DNA of 64,000 nucleotides from a virus (lineage: Duplodnaviria; Caudoviricetes). Below are positions 8,028 through 15,848 of the stretch, in pieces; within the stretch, counting starts at the first letter, position 1, and the number at the start of each line of letters is the position of its first letter. The stretch spans positions 21,237-85,236 of the IMG/VR virus record IMGVR_UViG_3300031993_000045, one strand, 5' to 3'. A model generated the notes under the pieces. The model was given only the letters and a program-made list of their open reading frames with translations, was not told the DNA's origin and did not search any database. Position numbers and translations under genes: made by a program.

Positions 8028-8314
8028 AACTTTACATCGTTTAAGCGGGTTAAACTTACGACCATCCATCCGTATATATCATGATGCCAAAATGCATAAT
8101 ACCATTGTTTATCCCAAGGATAAGGTGATCTTTTCATGAAAGGAAAGAACGCATTTTTACAAATCTTTCTGTAAAAAGTACCATCTGCTTCTTTAATATG
8201 AAGTTCTGCTTCTTTAATTTGAAGTTTTCTTAGGTATTTCAACAATTTGCAATACATTATCAGACGTTCTGTTGGCTTTTCTGGTTTTATAACTAAAAGA
8301 TTCTTCTTTTCCAT
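8024..8314 (-). CDS. paralogue-family protein
   Basis: RLIMYCKLLKYLRK...DIYG...DVKL; closest to 6843-7106. Confidence 0.7.
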   Translation of the reverse strand: MEKKNLLVIKPEKPTERLIMYCKLLKYLRKLQIKEAELHIKEADGTFYRKICKNAFFPFMKRSPYPWDKQWYYAFWHHDIYGWMVVSLTRLNDVKL

Positions 8315-8554
8315 AACTTTGATAGTTTTAGGTTAAACAAAAACAGCGTGCTGAGAGGCCGAGGAAGAGGTTAACATCTGTCGGAAGTCTCAAACACGCT
8401 GTCATACACTGTGTATCCGGTCTCTTGCCTGGTGTCAAAGCCCGTCTAGCCGGCTCAGCTTTGCTTAGTTTACGATAGCAATAAACGTCGTCCCATATTC
8501 GCGATTAGGGGCTAAACTGCCTTATGCTCTTTTACAAGTCCTTGCCTAGGACGG

Positions 8555-8929
8555 CTAACGGTCAGTCTGGCGATTTTTTCTTTGTAGAATCTCACTGAAT
8601 TGTAGTTCAACTTTTACGTTGTCGATGGTATATTTCTCGGCAAGCTTATAGCATTGTCGTACATTATTATAATGCACACGCATGCTATCAACATTTGTTT
8701 GACGATAAAACCCTATGGCAGCCGTATTGAAGTCGTCGTATATTTCTACTGCCATGTCAGATGCATCGTCTAACATGTCAATATAGCGCTCAACTTGTGA
8801 ACTCATATTGTCCACATTGTTACGCATGATTGCGACTTCTTTCTGTTGTTCTACCTCACTATTGATTCCTACTGCTAGCACTACGGTGAATATAATCACC
8901 GATAGCACAATAAAGATGACTTGTTTCAT
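8555..8929 (-). CDS. membrane-anchored coiled-coil protein
   Basis: N-terminal TM VIFIVLSVIIFTVVLAVGI; TAG stop. Confidence 0.7.
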   Translation of the reverse strand: MKQVIFIVLSVIIFTVVLAVGINSEVEQQKEVAIMRNNVDNMSSQVERYIDMLDDASDMAVEIYDDFNTAAIGFYRQTNVDSMRVHYNNVRQCYKLAEKYTIDNVKVELQFSEILQRKNRQTDR

Positions 8930-8937
8930 ACCTCTGA

Positions 8938-9039
8938 CTATTTACAGAATATCCAACACACGGCAATCATCATTGTGAATGCTAATACTGTCATGAATAC
9001 GACTGCAATGTTTTCAGCAAGTTTTGACAATTTTTTCAT
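8938..9039 (-). CDS. single-TM peptide (33 aa; 37 aa if TAG is read as Gln)
   Basis: MKKLSKLAENIAVVFMTVLAFTMMIAVCWIFCK-TAG; the next in-frame TGA (8926-8928) overlaps the downstream ATG. Confidence 0.5.
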   Translation of the reverse strand: MKKLSKLAENIAVVFMTVLAFTMMIAVCWIFCK

Positions 9040-9052
9040 AACACAAATGATT

Positions 9053-9433
9053 TTAGTTGTCATTGTAATACACACATCTTACCATGTTTGGAGTGACAGA
9101 ATCTTCATCTTCTATCATTATCCGCATAGTATTGTCGAGAAGAGTATCAAACATCTTACAGTAAACCATAAAATGATGATGTTTAGCAGCATATGTACTG
9201 CTCAGTTCAAATGCTTCACGAGTCTCGCAAAGCTCCACATACTCATCGGTCTCACCGATGGTGTCCATGAATGGGAATGTAGTATTAATAGAATCCAACA
9301 AAGCCTCATCTTTAGCTATGATGTTTTCCATATCAACTATTGCTTCTTCATACATGGTTGTTGTATCCTGGGATATATCACAAGAACAACTGCAAGCAAT
9401 GAACATTGCTGCTATGAACAATAACTTATTCAT
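9053..9433 (-). CDS. putative lipoprotein
   Basis: MNKLLFIAAMFIACSCS-C-DISQD lipoprotein-type signal peptide. Confidence 0.65.
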   Translation of the reverse strand: MNKLLFIAAMFIACSCSCDISQDTTTMYEEAIVDMENIIAKDEALLDSINTTFPFMDTIGETDEYVELCETREAFELSSTYAAKHHHFMVYCKMFDTLLDNTMRIMIEDEDSVTPNMVRCVYYNDN

Positions 9434-9885
9434 AATATATGTAGTTTTGATAACTTTCACACTGTGCACTCAAGGAAGAGAGATGACCTCTTCCATAGAG
9501 CTAGATCTGTATTTTACCCTCGTGTGAATACGATTGAATACTTAATGGCGATCTTACTTCCATGCGCTCATTTACGGTGTCACGCTTGCCGTTGTCCGCC
9601 AGGCCATCAATAATACTGATACAAGTCACTTTGTATTGGTCTCAGTACTATCTAGCCCTAATCAAACTCCTTGCTAAACGTTGTGCAAAACGTGCACTGG
9701 AGTCAGAGCGGACATTTGTTCCTAAATCACAGGGCACATGTGACCAAACATTATGCCCCGTAGTTGCCGTCAAGGCTAATTTTTGAGTACCATAATGTTA
9801 TTAATATCCATTAACATTTTGCCGCAAATGGATACGTGATTTGGGATGTGCGTAATTTATCAGCATACACACACTGCTGTTAGTT

Positions 9886-9957
9886 TCCTAATACACAAAT
9901 TGTGTTTCGTCCCAGTCTCATCAGTTAGGATTTTTTATCGTGCTCCTGGGATGCACG
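9886..9957 (-). ncRNA. hammerhead ribozyme (type I topology) with loop-loop pseudoknot
   Basis: UCCUAA-CUGAUGA-G(ACUGGGA)C-GAAA-CAC(AAUUU)GUG-UA-UUAGGA; upstream hairpin CGUGC-AUCCCAGGA-GCACG whose loop UCCCAG complements loop II CUGGGA. Confidence 0.85.
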
Positions 9958-10002
9958 TGAGAAGTGAGTGTGTTTGATACACACCCACTCACTCTTATGT
10001 AG

Positions 10003-10302
10003 TTAGTCTTCGAAGATGTTGCTTCTGTCAGGATACAAGGCTATCTTGTTCATAAACTTTGATATCTTGTTCAGACTCTCAACGGCTGCGTCTTGCAACT
10101 CCTTCATCTCCTTGTCATTAGGAATCTTAGGAAAATCCTTGCGCTCATCGAAAGGAGTCTTGTTATACTTCTCCTTGAGTTCGACTGCAAGAGTCCAGTT
10201 TGAAACCTTTGTCCATTCGAGACCAAGAGCAATAGCATCTCCCTGGTTGAATTTAACACTCTTACTAACTACAGCTTCTGCATAAATGTTGTTAATTTCC
10301 AT
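10003..10302 (-). CDS. hypothetical protein (99 aa)
   Basis: ORF with AT-rich leader, TAA stop. Confidence 0.75.
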   Translation of the reverse strand: MEINNIYAEAVVSKSVKFNQGDAIALGLEWTKVSNWTLAVELKEKYNKTPFDERKDFPKIPNDKEMKELQDAAVESLNKISKFMNKIALYPDRSNIFED

Positions 10303-10415
10303 AACTTGAAAGTTTTAAGGGTTTATAATCGATTTAATGAAAAAGCTATATATTAATAAAATTTCACACTATGGTTTGTCGAGATGTACGCCAAAAACGG
10401 CGGAAAGTGGAGAGG

Positions 10416-10859
10416 CTAAGCCTTCTCCAACTTCCACGCGCTTTTGTTGTTCTCGTACTGACGTTTGAGGTCTGCTAAGCATTCGTCATACGTACCCATA
10501 TAGGCACGATGGAAAGTTTGCAGTTCTCTTTCGTCGTCACCTTCGCCGAATTTGATACTTTTGCACTCGCCGTCGGTAACGTCTAAAACTGTCACGTCGT
10601 AACACTCAATTCCGTCCGTTGGCTGGTCTTTGAAAACGTCATTAAGTTCCTTCTCAACAGCGTCTAATCTGCCAGTGAAAAGGTCTTTGATAGTGTTGTC
10701 AAAACCCCGCAGTACCAACCCGAAAGTGTATAAGTTATTTTGCATGCTTTTTTGCGCAAAAAGTGAGTTATTGTTATCACTCTTTGTGAAGAAAGCGGTT
10801 GCAAAAGGTTTATCACTTGAGAAGTCACTGCATACCTTGATGTAAGAAAATGTGGTCAT
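10416..10859 (-). CDS. hypothetical protein (147 aa)
   Basis: ORF with AT-rich leader, TAG stop; first gene of the standard-code left arm. Confidence 0.7.
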   Translation of the reverse strand: MTTFSYIKVCSDFSSDKPFATAFFTKSDNNNSLFAQKSMQNNLYTFGLVLRGFDNTIKDLFTGRLDAVEKELNDVFKDQPTDGIECYDVTVLDVTDGECKSIKFGEGDDERELQTFHRAYMGTYDECLADLKRQYENNKSAWKLEKA

Positions 10860-11024
10860 AATTGTGAAATTTTGGTGTGTTGCTAAAAATCTGTTTTAGC
10901 ACAGGGAGTGGGGTGTTCCAATCCGACAGCCGTAGTACGGGTGTGATTCATTGCTGTTTCGCGTTTTCACACCTACACAACAAAAAATTTTTAAAAAATT
11001 TTGCAAAAAAAAATCCCGAACAAG

Positions 11025-11597
11025 TTAATGTTCGAGATTATTATGTATCTATTCTAGTATACCTTTATTATCGGAGTAAGCCTTCGGTTTTAGCAGAAGT
11101 TCGAATGCGCTTTTCCTCCACTGACCCATTAGATCGGAATGGTTTGGGCACTACACACAATGTTCGTTATCTTTTATAAAGAAGGTCTTGTATATCAGTA
11201 TCCCATCTTCTGTCATATCATAGGCTAATGCGAAGCTGTATTTATCGTCGGCTTTTACATACCTCCTGTTGGTGGTAGTACTGAATTTGTTGTCTTTGTC
11301 GTGTATTAACAGTAGACATATTCTGTACCATACATTTGTTTTAGCACAGCACCTTTGCTTGAATCTATCGAAGAAGTGTCTCCATACTATACAATGTTTG
11401 CAAGTGTGTAGTTTCGAATTGTATATTGTGACATCGTATTTTCTTGTGTCTTTTCTTCTACTTCCACTTCCTTCTATTAGAATACGGTATTCATTACTGC
11501 GTACCAACCACTTTGCTTCACCTTTGTACTTCTTATACTTTTCTCCGCATCTGGAATCGAATGCGTCCCCATCCAGTAGTATTCTATCTAGCTTCAT
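11025..11597 (-). CDS. hypothetical protein (190 aa with TAG=Gln; 148 aa to the first TAG at 11151)
   Basis: readthrough adds QCPNHSDLMGQWRKSAFELLLKPKAYSDNKGILEQIHNNLEH before TAA, with a second TAG inside. Confidence 0.5.
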
Positions 11598-12058
11598 TAT
11601 GCTGCTATTCTTTGTTGGAATTTACTCATTTTTTCCTCGACAACCGCTGGATCATAATTCATGACAATATCTGTCTTGGCTTGCTCTAAGATACCTTTTC
11701 CTGTTGTTACATTCTCTGTGTCTATGTATTCGAAGTCGTCAGTCTTCTCTTCTTCTAAAGTATCATTCAGCTCTTGCAGCTTTTCCGTAACTTCCTCAGG
11801 CTTAGTACGTTTAGCTTGTTCCTCAAGGATTCGTTTAATGAGCTCTTCTCTATGTGGATCTCCATACTTATTATACATCTGGAAGAGTGCCATCTTCATG
11901 TTATCGAGTGCTAATGCATCACCATCCTCAGGATATTCGTCAATCATCTTCTCTAACTCCGGAATTGTTATATTCTTTAGTACTCCGTCCTTATCAGTGT
12001 GACGAATGAGTTTGCCGTTTTTATCGTATAAATTTGCAAATTTGTTAATCTTTCCCAT
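11597..12058 (-). CDS. hypothetical protein (153 aa)
   Basis: MGKINKFANLYDKNGKLIRH; TAATG overlap with the downstream gene. Confidence 0.75.
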   Translation of the reverse strand: MGKINKFANLYDKNGKLIRHTDKDGVLKNITIPELEKMIDEYPEDGDALALDNMKMALFQMYNKYGDPHREELIKRILEEQAKRTKPEEVTEKLQELNDTLEEEKTDDFEYIDTENVTTGKGILEQAKTDIVMNYDPAVVEEKMSKFQQRIAA

Positions 12059-12096
12059 TGTTCATTAAGAATTTAAGTAGTCGTTTTTGCCTTTCT

Positions 12097-12606
12097 TTAG
12101 TCTTCTGTATCGCTTCCCTTAAGGACGGATTTGATAGACATTCCTTGAGTGTTTTCCTAGTGTGCGACTTGTTTTGTGCACTAAGTCCAGATTCGTTTTC
12201 CATCTTCATCTTTGATAATGTGTTGAAATATAAGGTCTTTTTTCCATTTATCGTACTTAGCTAACGCGTTTTCAAACTCCTTTTTCTTGCTATACTGATG
12301 AATGCATCTTAACATCCTTTCTCCGTTAACAGCACCACAGGATTTGAGACTACAGATATCTTCGATAAACGACATCGCGCCTTCTTCTCCAAACCTTGTT
12401 TTAAGTTGTTCAAATTCTCGTTTACTCTGCTTAAAGTATTCATTTTCAGGGTTATACACCGGTTCTACGTCAGCAATGTAACAGGAATTTATTGGAGTTC
12501 CATGTATGAAAAAGTACTTACATGTATCTGTTACAGGGGTACTTGTTTCTTTCATACTGAGGAAATCAGCGTAATATAGTATAGCATTCAATTCAATCAT
12601 AGTCAT
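12097..12606 (-). CDS. hypothetical protein (169 aa with TAG=Gln; 141 aa to the first TAG at 12181)
   Basis: readthrough adds QCTKQVAHQENTQGMSIKSVLKGSDTED before TAA, with a second TAG inside. Confidence 0.55.
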
Positions 12607-12616
12607 CTGCGCGTTA

Positions 12617-13015
12617 TCATTTAATTAACGTATTATATATACATTTGGTTGCCCATTCTGTTAAATAACAGCACGCTTCACCAGTTGTTCTGTTCATCTT
12701 CATCTCGATATACTCCATCAGGTGTATTGTATAGTGCAATGCCTCATGTGCACATGCTCCGATCTTGTAGGCGGTGTCTCGTTTTAAGAGATCATCATCA
12801 AGTAAGACCAGGAAACATGATTCCTTTTTATCTTTATTGGTTAATCCAGACAGTAAACATGCATCAAAACTACCATCAAAGTCTTCTTTTGTCACGTTAA
12901 ACTTGTTTTTTAGGTTGTCGTAAGTGGCATGTTTAGCTACATATAACACTGAGTGTGGGTATATCCCATTCTCATATCGGTCTACTATTAACTTCTTCTT
13001 ATTCTTCTTATCCAT
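12617..13015 (-). CDS. small zincin-like (HExxH) protein
   Basis: AHEALH motif with a downstream GEACCYL glutamate. Confidence 0.65.
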   Translation of the reverse strand: MDKKNKKKLIVDRYENGIYPHSVLYVAKHATYDNLKNKFNVTKEDFDGSFDACLLSGLTNKDKKESCFLVLLDDDLLKRDTAYKIGACAHEALHYTIHLMEYIEMKMNRTTGEACCYLTEWATKCIYNTLIK

Positions 13016-13163
13016 ACTGTATAATATATTATATTAAGCTTAATATAGTCTATATAAGAAACGAAAATAACACAAAAACGGTTGCTTTTTGCAAAATTTT
13101 ATACGTTTTGCAACCACTTTTGTATAATTTTACGTTATGCTGGTGTAATTAAACGATACGAAA
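13016..13163. promoter_or_regulatory. divergent promoter region at the strand switch
   Basis: very AT-rich gap between head-to-head genes; inverted GGTTGC...GCAACC and TTTTGCAAAA palindrome. Confidence 0.5.
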
Positions 13164-13568
13164 ATGACAAAAACACTGAAAGTAGTTAAACCATTCTTCG
13201 TTATGGAGGTTGGTGACACATTCGAAAAGACTGAAGACGGTACATATAGAAGCGTGTATTCAACAGAATATTCGTCAACAGATGTTGAGGGAGATGATAT
13301 TTCATCTGCATACAACTCTGTATATGAGATCTCAGAAAGCTACGCAAAGAGTCTTGTTAGAGACGGCTTCCTTGCTGAGGAGACTAAGAAAGACAAGTTC
13401 GTAAACGTGTTCGATGAGATTGAAAGCATGAAACAGCAGTTCAGTAGTGAACTTGACAATCTTGATGAGGATTGTGCCGGTATTCCAGCATGCCTCAAGA
13501 CAGAGAAGCTTACAGTTCTCACAAACTTGCTTACAGTATTAAACCACCTTTCAGATCTTAAGAAGTAA
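13164..13568 (+). CDS. hypothetical protein (134 aa)
   Basis: first + strand ORF, TAA stop. Confidence 0.8.
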   Translation: MTKTLKVVKPFFVMEVGDTFEKTEDGTYRSVYSTEYSSTDVEGDDISSAYNSVYEISESYAKSLVRDGFLAEETKKDKFVNVFDEIESMKQQFSSELDNLDEDCAGIPACLKTEKLTVLTNLLTVLNHLSDLKK

Positions 13569-13569
13569 T

Positions 13570-13974
13570 ATGGAAGATAAGGATACACAGATCGTGGATC
13601 AGTCAGTACTGGCAGAGGACGTATCTAAAAAGATAAAGATAGAGTTCCGAAATCAGTTCCTGGTAAAACCACTGGATCCGGTAATGATAGAGAAAGAGTT
13701 CAGTAAACCAGTTCCTAAGGCCGAAACAAAGGATGATAATGGAATTGAAGCTACTGACTACGACGAAGTAGAAAAGGAAATCAAGAGTGTTCCTTCGGAC
13801 TACAGAAAGGGTGTAGTAATTAAGATCCCTTATGAGTTCAAGAACAACGAAAGTGCAAATCCAATAAAGATCGGTGACATTATTATATATAAGGAGGGAA
13901 CTGGTCGTTGGTTTGACCTTTGTAAGGACACACAACTGATTGACATGTATGCAATAATCGGAGTAGAGAAGTAA
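13570..13974 (+). CDS. GroES (Cpn10)-like protein
   Basis: FLVKPLD...RKGVVIKIP...IKIGDIIIY...AIIGV follows the GroES strand pattern. Confidence 0.55.
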   Translation: MEDKDTQIVDQSVLAEDVSKKIKIEFRNQFLVKPLDPVMIEKEFSKPVPKAETKDDNGIEATDYDEVEKEIKSVPSDYRKGVVIKIPYEFKNNESANPIKIGDIIIYKEGTGRWFDLCKDTQLIDMYAIIGVEK

Positions 13975-14186
13975 TGGACTTAGACAAAACTTGTCGATCT
14001 ATAGCAAAGAAACTAGGTTATGACTACGAGCTCGTACGAAAAATAGTAATGTACGAGTTCGAGTATACGACCGAAGTGATGAAAGATCCTGAAGACTATA
14101 GAGAGATATTGTTTAACAAACTGTTTAAGTTTAAACTGAAAAACCGATTTAAAAATAATAAAACAAAAGACTATAGTCCAAAATGA
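13974..14186 (+). CDS. HU/IHF-like small DNA-binding protein
   Basis: IAKKLGYDYELVRKIV helix-turn-helix followed by LFKFKLK strand. Confidence 0.5.
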   Translation: MDLDKTCRSIAKKLGYDYELVRKIVMYEFEYTTEVMKDPEDYREILFNKLFKFKLKNRFKNNKTKDYSPK

Positions 14187-14554
14187 AATACCTATTAGCA
14201 GATTGCGGATATACTCTTGACACAGAAGGTGTTGTCCTGAAACGTCAGGATAGTGAGAGACAGGGTGTCAACAGTATATATGTTGCAAAAGAAGATTGTA
14301 CAGTAACTTATAGAGACACTGTAGCACAGGCAGAGGCTGGTGATATTGTTGTCACATTCTATGAGAAAGACTTCCCTATGCAGATGATTGTCGTAAAGTC
14401 AGAGGATTGGAGAAAGAATCTCGAAGCTTACAACGAGAAACAGCAAAAATGGCTGGAGGAGCAAGCTAGAAAGAACTCTGTAGTGGGTGCATGGTCAGAT
14501 GCATGTTGCAACGAAACATGTGACGCATGTGCACCATCGTGCGAAGCAGCTTGA
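14183..14554 (+). CDS. hypothetical protein with Cys-rich tail
   Basis: ATGA overlap; ends DACCNETCDACAPSCEAA. Confidence 0.75.
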   Translation: MKYLLADCGYTLDTEGVVLKRQDSERQGVNSIYVAKEDCTVTYRDTVAQAEAGDIVVTFYEKDFPMQMIVVKSEDWRKNLEAYNEKQQKWLEEQARKNSVVGAWSDACCNETCDACAPSCEAA

Positions 14555-14599
14555 AAAATAAGAACAATGTTACGAAAATACGCTAAAAGATAAATAACT

Positions 14600-14851
14600 A
14601 TGAGAACAGTAAAGAAGTCAACTACAGTTGATTACATTGTAGATATCACAAACGCTCAGTCAGCAGCAGATGTATACTTGACAATCGCTGCAGCTAAGCT
14701 GACACAGAACGAGTTGGACGTACTTGTAGATCGTGCAGCACCTAAGATCACATTCCAGATCGTACAGTGCCCATGTAACTGCGGAGACAAGCTCGTTGAA
14801 AAGAAGCCAAACATCTTCAAGCGCTTCTGGAACTGGGTAACCGGTAAGTAA
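14600..14851 (+). CDS. hypothetical protein (83 aa)
   Basis: A-rich leader; amphipathic C-terminus KKPNIFKRFWNWVTGK. Confidence 0.75.
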   Translation: MRTVKKSTTVDYIVDITNAQSAADVYLTIAAAKLTQNELDVLVDRAAPKITFQIVQCPCNCGDKLVEKKPNIFKRFWNWVTGK

Positions 14852-14879
14852 TTAACTGGGGTATTCGTACCCCATATAT

Positions 14880-14951
14880 CTCGGGATAGTGTAAAGGTAA
14901 CATACTAGGCTCATAATCTAGAGAGTGAAGGTTCGACTCCTTCTCCCGAAA
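14880..14951 (+). tRNA. trnM: tRNA-Met(CAT) with initiator-like C1xA72 mismatch
   Basis: CTCGGGA/TCCCGAA acceptor, CTAGG CT-CAT-AA TCTAG, GAAGG-TTCGACT-CCTTC; lacks the three G-C anticodon-stem pairs of true fMet tRNAs. Confidence 0.85.
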
Positions 14952-15102
14952 CACTGCTTGTACTAGAATACGACGAAATAGGAACAAGAGTCATTGAGCG
15001 GGTCGTAACGCTGCGAATGGTTGGTGGATGGTTAAACAGAGCATCTGATACGGGTACCAACACTTATCTTGTGTCGTGGTCTACACAAGATCGGAAAACC
15101 TT

Positions 15103-15138
15103 AGAGCAAAGACGGGAGCTCTTTAAAAAACGCCCGTC
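15103..15138 (+). other. H-type pseudoknot just upstream of the suppressor tRNA
   Basis: S1 AGAGC/GCTCT, S2 GACGGG/CCCGTC, A-rich loop TTAAAAAACG. Confidence 0.5.
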
Positions 15139-15141
15139 CAA

Positions 15142-15213
15142 CGCCCACTGGTGTAATGGCTAGCACAGAAGGCTCTAACCCTTTTAGTCTGGGTTCGAAT
15201 CCTAGGTGGGAGA
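15142..15213 (+). tRNA. amber suppressor tRNA (anticodon CTA), Gln-type body
   Basis: GAAGG CT-CTA-AC CCTTT anticodon arm; D-arm TGGTGTAATGGCTAGCAC nearly identical to the tRNA-Gln(TTG) at 3653-3723; T-arm CTGGG-TTCGAAT-CCTAG. Confidence 0.92.
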
Positions 15214-15278
15214 CAAACAAAACTAACAGCATCCCGTAAGATCTGCTTTAGTTCATAATTTTTGAAATTAAAAGTAAT

Positions 15279-15767
15279 ATGCAGTTAAAGTTTAAGAAAT
15301 TATCAGAAAACGCAGTGATGCCAACAAAAGCACATGTAACAGATGCAGGATTGGATCTTACTGCTACGTCTATAACAACACAGATAAATGAATGTGGACA
15401 GCTAATGCTCGTATATCATACAGATCTCGCAGTAGAGATTCCTGAAGGCTACGTAGGCTTACTGTTCCCAAGATCAAGCATCTACAAGAAGTCTCTTGCA
15501 CAGACAAATAGTGTTGGTGTAATTGACTCAGGCTATAGGGGTGAGATAATGGCTGTATTCAAGGCAACCACAGATGTAATTCCTGCTGTATACAAGGCAG
15601 GCGAACGCTTCGTGCAACTTGTAATCGTACCAATTCCAGAGATAGAAGTTGTAGAAGCAGAGGAGCTCAGTGAGTCAGATCGTGGCGAAGCTGGCTATGG
15701 ATCTTCTGATACACAGGCAGAAGAGAAGAAAGAGGTCGAGGAGACAGCAGCAGAGCAAGCTGCATAA
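15279..15767 (+). CDS. dut: dUTPase (trimeric)
   Basis: motifs DAGLDL, PRSS, GVIDSGYRGEI, RFVQLV, RGEAGYGSS. Confidence 0.95.
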   Translation: MQLKFKKLSENAVMPTKAHVTDAGLDLTATSITTQINECGQLMLVYHTDLAVEIPEGYVGLLFPRSSIYKKSLAQTNSVGVIDSGYRGEIMAVFKATTDVIPAVYKAGERFVQLVIVPIPEIEVVEAEELSESDRGEAGYGSSDTQAEEKKEVEETAAEQAA

Positions 15768-15787
15768 TAACATAACGACATAATGGT

Positions 15788-15816
15788 AAGGGGGCATCCA
15801 AAAGATGTTCCCTTTT
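15788..15816 (+). terminator. intrinsic terminator after dut
   Basis: AAGGGGGCATC-CAAAA-GATGTTCCCTT stem followed by T residues. Confidence 0.55.
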
Positions 15817-15848
15817 GCCGTATACATATAATTCAAATTACGTAATTT

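Noticed and set aside
9770-9812. Mini-ORF MDINNIMVLKN resembling the start of the 10003-10302 gene (MEINNIY)
   Set aside because: Only about 11 codons; the similarity is too short to separate from chance
15103-15138. preQ1-I riboswitch
   Set aside because: The loop lacks the recognisable preQ1 consensus and no queuosine-related gene follows; kept only as a generic pseudoknot
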